Source of the DNA: a virus
Length of the DNA stretch: 39,236 nucleotides
Reading direction: 5' to 3' (one strand)
IMG/VR virus record: IMGVR_UViG_3300028453_000006
Made by a program: the position numbers and the translations under genes. The notes beneath the pieces were generated by a model. It had not been told where the DNA came from. It ran no database searches and was given only the letters and a program-made list of their open reading frames with translations. Shown here piece after piece: positions 25,957-31,790 of the stretch (position 1 is the stretch's first letter; every line of letters starts with the position of its first letter).

Positions 25957-26178
25957 TTAAAAATCCTCCATTTTAATACCTAGCATGTGAGCAATTTGGC
26001 ACGCTTCTGAGTAAGAAAAATCTCGTCCATTATGTCGATTGATTTTAGCGCTAAAAGTAGATTTATTCATATCAAGCCTTTCCGCTATTTGTTTTTGTTT
26101 CATTCCTTTTGAAACAATAATACTTTTTAAATTGATATACGGACGCTCAAAATCGTGTCTTTCAAGAACAGCGTTCAT
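25957..26178 (-). CDS. Cro-like XRE-family HTH regulator
   Basis: ORF track. Contains GMKQKQIAERLDMNKSTFSAKINR. Divergent from the cI-like gene. Confidence 0.8.
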   Translation of the reverse strand: MNAVLERHDFERPYINLKSIIVSKGMKQKQIAERLDMNKSTFSAKINRHNGRDFSYSEACQIAHMLGIKMEDF

Positions 26179-26192
26179 ATTTCGTCTCCTTT

Positions 26193-26311
26193 CTAAGTTG
26201 CTGATTTCGCAACCTTTGTGATTTTAGTTTATAACTTTTCTGTTTCGTTGTCAACAACTTTTTTGTTTTTTTATAAAAAAGTTTGCGAAAACGAAACTTT
26301 TATGTTAATAT
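26193..26311. promoter_or_regulatory. Genetic switch region: divergent promoters plus operator-like dyads O1-O3
   Basis: O1 26193-26217 (CTAAGTT-N11-AACCTTT), O2 26238-26262 (half-site) and O3 26277-26301 (AAAAGTT-N11-AACTTTT). Minus-strand promoter: TTGACA (26254-26249) with TAAACT/TATAAA. Plus-strand promoter: TTGCGA-17-TGtTAATAT (26283-26311). Confidence 0.65.
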
Positions 26312-26339
26312 TACATTATCTTATGAAAGGTAAAACATT

Positions 26340-27086
26340 ATGATTGGTAATAAGATAAAAGAACTCAGAAAAGAGCGGAAACTAACACTACAAGAACTAG
26401 CTGATACACTAAACGAAAAATATCCAAACACTATTAATTTTAATAAAGGAAAAATTTCAAAATGGGAAAACAATAAAGAAGAACCTAGATTGTCTTCTGT
26501 AAAAATCATTGCAGATTTTTTCAATGTTCCTCTAGATTATTTTGATGGAAAAGATGTTTCTCATTCTGAAATTGTTTCTATATATGAAAAACTAAACGAA
26601 AATAGACAAAAAAAGGTCTTGAACTTTGCTAGTGATCAACTCGCTGAACAGGAGCAAGAAAATACTGTTTCTTCTATCTTTAGTAAAAAAGAAGAAGATG
26701 ACAAATACATCACCGACTATGTTCAGGGATTGGTAGCTGCTGGACATGGTGTTTTCCAATGTGATAACTTATACATGGAAGTCAAGTTAAGAGCTGATGA
26801 TGTCCCAGAAGAATATGACACTATCGCTAAAGTGGCTGGTGACTCAATGGAACCGTTGATACAAGATAATGACTTGTTGTTCATTAAAGTAACTAGTCAG
26901 ATTGAGCCTAATGAGATTGGTATTTTTCAGGTTAATAACAAAAACTTTGTCAAAAAACTTAAACGTGACTATGACGGTAGATGGTATTTGCAAAGTCTAA
27001 ATGATAAATACGAAGAAATCTACTTATCAGAGAACGACGACATCCGAACAATCGGAGAAGTCGTTGATATTTATAGAGAGGATTAA
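26340..27086 (+). CDS. CI-like repressor (XRE HTH plus S24/LexA-type autopeptidase domain)
   Basis: ORF track. Has an N-terminal HTH, a candidate cleavage site VAAGHG, GDSMEP (Ser) and VKKLK (Lys). Confidence 0.88.
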   Translation: MIGNKIKELRKERKLTLQELADTLNEKYPNTINFNKGKISKWENNKEEPRLSSVKIIADFFNVPLDYFDGKDVSHSEIVSIYEKLNENRQKKVLNFASDQLAEQEQENTVSSIFSKKEEDDKYITDYVQGLVAAGHGVFQCDNLYMEVKLRADDVPEEYDTIAKVAGDSMEPLIQDNDLLFIKVTSQIEPNEIGIFQVNNKNFVKKLKRDYDGRWYLQSLNDKYEEIYLSENDDIRTIGEVVDIYRED

Positions 27087-27089
27087 AAT

Positions 27090-27830
27090 ATGGGATTGTT
27101 TAGCCTTTTATTTGGTAAAAAAAGAACAAATATACAGCCAAAAACTTCTATGACATTTTCATCTTCTGATGAATTTGACTACTACACCCCAGAATATTTC
27201 AAAATATTAGATACAAAACCTAATATATTTGAAATTTACGGTAGACCTCACAATTTTCCAAAGTATGACGATAGTTTTATCACTAACGAGAACTACAAAT
27301 TGAGAGAGCTTTTACTATTAGTGTGGTGGGGAAATCCAAAGAATGGTCGAAAATCTACTGTAACTATTCCTAAATACTTTTTTTATAGTTACAATTTAAA
27401 TGCTGAGAAATTGACTAATGATTTTAAATCCAACGGTCTTCTAGTAGATATAGAAGAAAAAACGCTATTAACAGAAAAAGGTCGAACAGTTTACGATAAA
27501 TACAAAGCTTTATGGGAAATCCATGTTGTAAAACAGTATCCAACTAATCTTGATATCGATTTTCCGTCATGGGACAAAGAACAATTTGAGTTAAAATTGT
27601 ATCAAATGGAACTAACATACTATAAAGCTCACGCAAATCATTGTAAAAAGTTGGTAGACTTTTTCAACTCTCTCAACATACCTTCTACTTCTACTGCTAC
27701 TGCTCAAGATGTACATGATCAAATCAACTACTACATAAACGAAGGTAACAGCGACCTCGCAAAAGTTAATGACTATCAAGAAAAAATAGCTATTCTAAAA
27801 GAAAAAGCCGCCCATAGGTTAAGTGACTAA
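27090..27830 (+). CDS. Hypothetical protein (246 aa) coupled to the repressor gene
   Basis: ORF track. Starts 4 nt after the cI stop. No family recognised. Confidence 0.7.
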   Translation: MGLFSLLFGKKRTNIQPKTSMTFSSSDEFDYYTPEYFKILDTKPNIFEIYGRPHNFPKYDDSFITNENYKLRELLLLVWWGNPKNGRKSTVTIPKYFFYSYNLNAEKLTNDFKSNGLLVDIEEKTLLTEKGRTVYDKYKALWEIHVVKQYPTNLDIDFPSWDKEQFELKLYQMELTYYKAHANHCKKLVDFFNSLNIPSTSTATAQDVHDQINYYINEGNSDLAKVNDYQEKIAILKEKAAHRLSD

Positions 27831-27885
27831 AAACAACGTGCAAAGGACTGAACCACGTTAAAAGCTGGAAATGGAGAAAAATACA

Positions 27886-28293
27886 ATGAAGAAGAAAACT
27901 GCTATTATCATTGCTACAGCTTTCTTGTTTGTCGCTAGTCCTGCTATTGAGACAGCTGTTTTTCCTCAAGCTCATACAGCTTACGCCGTATCAAAAGAGT
28001 ATAAAAACGCTCTTGAAACAGCTGAGTTGATGAAAGACGCAAACATGTCTAAAAAAGCTTTCTATCAAGCATTACAAGATGAAAGCGGCTTTGAGAAAAA
28101 AGCGGTAGATTATGCTGTTAAAAAACTGAAAATCAGTTGGAAAAAGAATGCTTTAGCATCTGCTAAAAACTTTCAAGACTATGGCATGTCTAAAGAGAAA
28201 ATCAAAGAAACATTGCTTAGCGAAGAGGATGGCGGAGGTTTTACAAAATCAGAAGTCAACTACGCTATTAAACATTTAGAAGACGAAGATTAA
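27886..28293 (+). CDS. Ltp-like superinfection exclusion protein (two Ltp repeats), with a signal peptide but no lipobox Cys
   Basis: ATG at 27886 after GGAG (the track start at 27871 is the alternative). Repeats YKNALETAELMKDANMSKKAFYQALQDESGFEKKAVDYAVKKL and KKNALASAKNFQDYGMSKEKIKETLLSEEDGGGFTKSEVNYAIKHL. Confidence 0.75.
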   Translation: MKKKTAIIIATAFLFVASPAIETAVFPQAHTAYAVSKEYKNALETAELMKDANMSKKAFYQALQDESGFEKKAVDYAVKKLKISWKKNALASAKNFQDYGMSKEKIKETLLSEEDGGGFTKSEVNYAIKHLEDED

Positions 28294-28353
28294 AATAAAC
28301 AAAAAAGCCCACGCTCAAATTTGGACGAGGAGAGCGTGAGCTAATAATTGGTA

Positions 28354-28395
28354 GTATAGTAAAAAGCCTGCTTTTAGTAGGTCTCTTTACTATAC
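28354..28395. repeat. Dyad GTATAGTAAA-N22-TTTACTATAC upstream of int (candidate attP or int regulatory site)
   Basis: Perfect 10-bp inverted arms read from the sequence. Total span 42 bp. Confidence 0.5.
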
Positions 28396-28426
28396 CCATT
28401 TTAACACAGAAATGAGGTATAAATCA

Positions 28427-29845
28427 ATGCAAACAAAACGAAAAGTAGCTATATATAGCCGTGTCTCTACACTACATCAAGCCGAGGAAGGCTATTCAAT
28501 CGGTCAGCAAATCGAAGCACTGGCGAAGTATTGTCAAGCTATGGATTGGAGTATTTATGACAACTATTCTGACGCTGGTTTCTCTGGTGGAAAACTTGAA
28601 AGACCAGCTATGCAAAAAATGATACAAGACGCTGAATCTGGCAAGTTTGATACTGTAGTCGTATATAAGCTTGACCGTCTTAGCCGAAACGTCAGAGACA
28701 CGCTCTACCTAGTCAAAGACGTTTTTAACGCTAACAACGTTGATTTTGTTAGCTTACAAGAAAATATAGATACTAAATCAGCTATGGGAAATCTCTTTAT
28801 CACACTACTTTCTGCTATCGCTGAATTTGAGCGGGAGCAAATCAAGGAACGTATGCAGCTGGGTGTAAAAGGACGAGCAAAGTCAGGGAAAACAACTTCT
28901 TGGACCACGCCACCCTTTGGCTACGAGTACGACACTAACACCCAATTAATGACCATCAATCACTATCAAGCTGAAATTGTGCGCGATATGTTTGATAAGA
29001 TCATTTCTGGCTGGTCTATCATGGGTATCACAACCCATTTAAGAAAAACCAATAATAAAAAATGGACTCATGTAAGAGTTAAACGCATTTTGGAGAATGT
29101 AGCTTATATTGGTAAAGTGAAATACCGTGATGAAATCTTTGACGGAGAGCACGCGCCTATATTGACGGAAGAAATATTTTATAAGGCTCAAAAAGCTTTA
29201 GAAGAGCGGACAAGTAAGAAAGATAATACTAGACCTTTTCAAGGGCTTTACATGCTTTCGAACATCGCAAAATGTGGATACTGCGGAACGCCTTTGAAAA
29301 TAGATAGCTACAAGCCTCGTAAAGACGGCACTAGAAAACGTACCTACACTTGTATCAACAGAAACCCAAAACGAATAAAGACGGCAACCTACAACGATGG
29401 TAAGCAATGTAAAGAGTCAGGGCGCTACGATGTCAAAGACGTTGAAAAGTATGTCTTAACAGAAATAAGCAAGCTACAGCTAAATCCTAAATCAATAGAA
29501 TCACTGTACAGAGATAAGCCCGAAGAAAATATAGCAGCTCACCAAGAACGATTAAAAAAACTTGAAACTAAGTTATCAAAGCTAAACGACTTGTATATAA
29601 ATGAACTTATTTCTATGGAAGTGTTAAAACAAAAAAGCGCTGAACTTCTCAAAGAGAAATCCAGCTTAGAAACATTTATAAATAACAACAAAAGAAAGAC
29701 AAATAACAAACCAGCTTTTGAGAAACTTGCTAAAATGGACGATATTTTTAAAATGTCCTACGACGACCAAAAGAGAATTGTTAAAACATTAATTAAACGT
29801 GTAGAAGTTAAACGTGATGAAATCAACGTTATTTTTAAATTGTAA
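28427..29845 (+). CDS. int: Large serine recombinase (phage integrase)
   Basis: MQTKRKVAIYSRVSTLHQ... (catalytic Ser), VVVYKLDRLSRN, a recombinase domain, the zinc ribbon CGYCGTPL...YTCINR and a C-terminal coiled coil. The ATG at 28427 is preferred over the one at 28412. Confidence 0.9.
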   Translation: MQTKRKVAIYSRVSTLHQAEEGYSIGQQIEALAKYCQAMDWSIYDNYSDAGFSGGKLERPAMQKMIQDAESGKFDTVVVYKLDRLSRNVRDTLYLVKDVFNANNVDFVSLQENIDTKSAMGNLFITLLSAIAEFEREQIKERMQLGVKGRAKSGKTTSWTTPPFGYEYDTNTQLMTINHYQAEIVRDMFDKIISGWSIMGITTHLRKTNNKKWTHVRVKRILENVAYIGKVKYRDEIFDGEHAPILTEEIFYKAQKALEERTSKKDNTRPFQGLYMLSNIAKCGYCGTPLKIDSYKPRKDGTRKRTYTCINRNPKRIKTATYNDGKQCKESGRYDVKDVEKYVLTEISKLQLNPKSIESLYRDKPEENIAAHQERLKKLETKLSKLNDLYINELISMEVLKQKSAELLKEKSSLETFINNNKRKTNNKPAFEKLAKMDDIFKMSYDDQKRIVKTLIKRVEVKRDEINVIFKL

Positions 29846-29969
29846 AATTACAGTATTTAGGAGCACCTACTAGTATAGTTGTGCATGAATCAGAACTTTT
29901 TACCATGTATGTTTTCTCCCTTGTTTGTTATGATATTATTATATCAAATAACCCGACAAAAGTAACAAA

Positions 29970-29999
29970 GACGGTCTAACCAGACCGCCTTTTGTTTTT
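29970..29999 (+). terminator. Terminator shared by int (plus) and, more weakly, the convergent HTH operon (minus)
   Basis: CGGTCT-AACC-AGACCG, followed by CCTTTTGTTTTT on the plus strand and UCUUUGUUACUUUUGU on the minus strand. Confidence 0.65.
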
Positions 30000-30036
30000 A
30001 TTACAAGCCAAATCGTTTTTTAAGTTCCATATTTTT

Positions 30037-30423
30037 CTATTCAAAAGTTACGTCGCCGTTATCAACAGAACCGATATATTGCATTTTGCGTTCACGTTCA
30101 TCGGCTGGTGCCATTCCACGAGCTTCAATGCTGATATTTCCGTCTTTATCTTCCCAGATATCAAGCATATCTGCTTCAAGTTCCATATCTTTGATAATAT
30201 CCAAAATTTCTTGTTCAGTGTGTTTCATTGTTTCTACCTCGTTTTCTTTTGCGTATTGTGTTAGCTTGATAGCGTTGTTATATGACATGTTTCCGACATC
30301 GGTCCTACCTTTAACGTAGTTTGATAAAGTCTGTTCAGATATTCCTGTTACTTTAGAAATCTGATAACGTGAATTATTTGTTAATAAGTTTAAAATTTCT
30401 TGTTTTGATAATACTTCAATCAT
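30037..30423 (-). CDS. HTH protein (128 aa): AcrIIA1-NTD-like/Aca-like XRE HTH fused to an unrecognised acidic C-terminal domain
   Basis: ORF track. RBS AAGGAG. The HTH SRYQISKVTGISEQTLSNYV resembles AcrIIA1 TRYQLSKLTGISQNTLKDQ (recalled). The C-terminal ~69 aa have 21 D/E. Confidence 0.7.
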   Translation of the reverse strand: MIEVLSKQEILNLLTNNSRYQISKVTGISEQTLSNYVKGRTDVGNMSYNNAIKLTQYAKENEVETMKHTEQEILDIIKDMELEADMLDIWEDKDGNISIEARGMAPADERERKMQYIGSVDNGDVTFE

Positions 30424-30432
30424 GTTTGCTCC

Positions 30433-30534
30433 TTATTTAAGCAAGAGCCAAGCGATTAGCCCGATAACGACCAACCAGCCTAGAAATGCTTTCCAATCAA
30501 AAGAATGTTTTGTTACTTTAAATTTTACTTTCAT
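30433..30534 (-). CDS. 33-codon hydrophobic sORF (MKVKFKVTKHSFDWKAFLGWLVVIGLIAWLLLK)
   Basis: My own translation. Its stop lies 9 nt before the HTH ATG. No convincing SD, so translation is uncertain. Confidence 0.3.
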   Translation of the reverse strand: MKVKFKVTKHSFDWKAFLGWLVVIGLIAWLLLK

Positions 30535-30547
30535 AGCATTTTTTGTT

Positions 30548-30695
30548 AATATTTAAGTACACCCCCGAGGGGGTGGATAGTGAAAATCACTATCCGATTT
30601 CGATGTGCCATTCAAGCGTTATGACTAACAAGTTGATTTTGATGACCACTTTGTTCGTTTTAACTTTGAATGGCTTTTTTAAGTACTTAAACATT
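30548..30695. ncRNA. Structured RNA element (closing 13-bp stem plus three hairpins); possibly a leader structure on the minus strand and/or a ~120-nt plus-strand antisense sRNA
   Basis: Inverted repeats 30548-30560 and 30683-30695. Hairpins at 30560-30575, 30575-30595 and 30607-30674. T6 at 30675-30680. Plus-strand promoter-like TTTACT-17-TGtTAATAT at 30524-30552. Confidence 0.45.
30590..30694 (-). CDS. 34-codon sORF (MFKYLKKPFKVKTNKVVIKINLLVITLEWHIEIG) embedded in the structured element
   Basis: My own translation, with AAAGGA 7 nt upstream. The coding sequence coincides with a long hairpin, so it may not be translated. Confidence 0.25.
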   Translation of the reverse strand: MFKYLKKPFKVKTNKVVIKINLLVITLEWHIEIG

Positions 30696-30763
30696 TGTTT
30701 TTCCTTTCTGTAGTTTCCTTGTCTAAGGTTTTGTTTTTTTACCTCCCTCAACCTTACATATAT

Positions 30764-30792
30764 ATTATACCATTATATATAATAGTAGTCAA
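30764..30792 (-). promoter_or_regulatory. Near-consensus sigma-70-type promoter TTGACT-17-TGgTATAAT with the palindrome ATTATATATAAT in the spacer
   Basis: -35 at 30792-30787, -10 at 30769-30764, extended TG at 30772-30771, palindrome at 30772-30783. Confidence 0.7.
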
Positions 30793-30834
30793 CACTTTTT
30801 ATAAACTTTTTTGATATTTTTTAAAATTTTTTTG

Positions 30835-30857
30835 GTCCGTTAAAACGGACTTTTTTT
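30835..30857 (+). terminator. Plus-direction terminator hairpin shielding the lysin gene from antisense transcription
   Basis: GTCCGT-TAAA-ACGGAC followed by T7. Confidence 0.5.
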
Positions 30858-30880
30858 GATTTTGTGGTTATAACAGCAAC

Positions 30881-30910
30881 AAAAAAAGCCCCTAGCTTTT
30901 TAGCTAGGGG
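30881..30910 (-). terminator. Rho-independent terminator of the late/lysis operon
   Basis: Minus-strand RNA CCCCUAGC-UAAAAA-GCUAGGGG followed by CU7. Confidence 0.85.
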
Positions 30911-30944
30911 TGTTAAAGTATTCGCTTATTTAATTATATCAAAT

Positions 30945-31790
30945 TTACTTGTAATAGTTGACTAAATCGTCCTTATCTCGGCAAGAAAGCCATACAGTAC
31001 CGAATTGACCGAACTCAAATTTGCGCCAATAGTATCCACCGTAATATCCGCCCTCTCCAGTGTCCGTGATATGAGCCTCGTCAATTTCAAAACTAAAGTA
31101 CATACCTGCTTTAAAGTCCTTGTCTTGACCGTCAGGCAAGTTATTGCCGTTTTCATCAACCCAATTGACCAAGCCGACGGGGATTCCGTTATCCACGTAA
31201 TTGAACCCAACAGGCGCTAGGTAGTCACATTTGATTTGGTAAATACCGTTAACGAATGCTACATCATTTGCTAGATAGTAAGCTTTACTGTCTGGTTTAC
31301 GACCACCTGAAACAACCGTGTTAGGCTGTGTAGCTGTTGACCCGCTAAAGCGCCAAGCTTCAATATAGGCTGGTTTCTCGATAGCGTAATATTGGTCCCA
31401 GTTGTGAGATGACACTGCTGTCCCTGCTTGTCCGCCAGTCCAGTAGTCAACGCTGATAAATGTGTTAGCGTCCTCTAGTACTCCGACGTGACCACCAGCT
31501 CCGCCAGATTGCGACATGTCAGCGCCCCATGACATGAGAATAATGTCACCTCGTTGACCGTTCCAATCTTCGTTTTTGCTTACTCGATAAAAGCCGTTAT
31601 TTGCCAATTGTGAGCCAAGAGTGACCGTTGACGGCAATCCGATGATATTTACCCCCGCTTCTTTCAAAGCCTGAGAGATTGAACCTGAACAGTCTGCTGT
31701 GCCGTCTGAGCCGTTACGTGAACCATACATGCTATAAGTAAGCTTACCTCGACGGCTTTCAAACCAATTAATTAAAACGTCTGTATTCAT
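30945..31790 (-). CDS. Endolysin: Pal-like Amidase_5 N-terminal domain plus a C-terminal cell-wall-binding (SH3b-like) domain
   Basis: ATG at 31790 (ATGA overlap with the holin). RGKLTYSMYGSRNGSDGTADCSGS and RGDIILMSWGADMSQSGGAGGHVGV resemble Dp-1 Pal (recalled). Confidence 0.85.
   Translation of the reverse strand: MNTDVLINWFESRRGKLTYSMYGSRNGSDGTADCSGSISQALKEAGVNIIGLPSTVTLGSQLANNGFYRVSKNEDWNGQRGDIILMSWGADMSQSGGAGGHVGVLEDANTFISVDYWTGGQAGTAVSSHNWDQYYAIEKPAYIEAWRFSGSTATQPNTVVSGGRKPDSKAYYLANDVAFVNGIYQIKCDYLAPVGFNYVDNGIPVGLVNWVDENGNNLPDGQDKDFKAGMYFSFEIDEAHITDTGEGGYYGGYYWRKFEFGQFGTVWLSCRDKDDLVNYYK

Noticed and set aside
29838-29906. A 22-codon minus-strand ORF (MVKSSDSCTTILVGAPKYCNFTI) after GGGAG
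   Set aside because: It is too short and runs into the int stop codon. It is treated only as part of the possible antisense transcript.
29992-30319. Plus-strand ORFs 29992-30264 and 30086-30319
   Set aside because: They are antisense to the well-supported HTH gene. They are rich in Phe/Ile/Ser, as expected from an AT-rich antisense frame, and have no RBS.
30725-30755. A strong SD-like GAGGGAGGT in the leader of the HTH operon, considered as the start of another gene
   Set aside because: There is no ATG, GTG or TTG within a usable distance downstream. It sits in the loop of an AAGGTT/AACCTT stem and is more likely structural.
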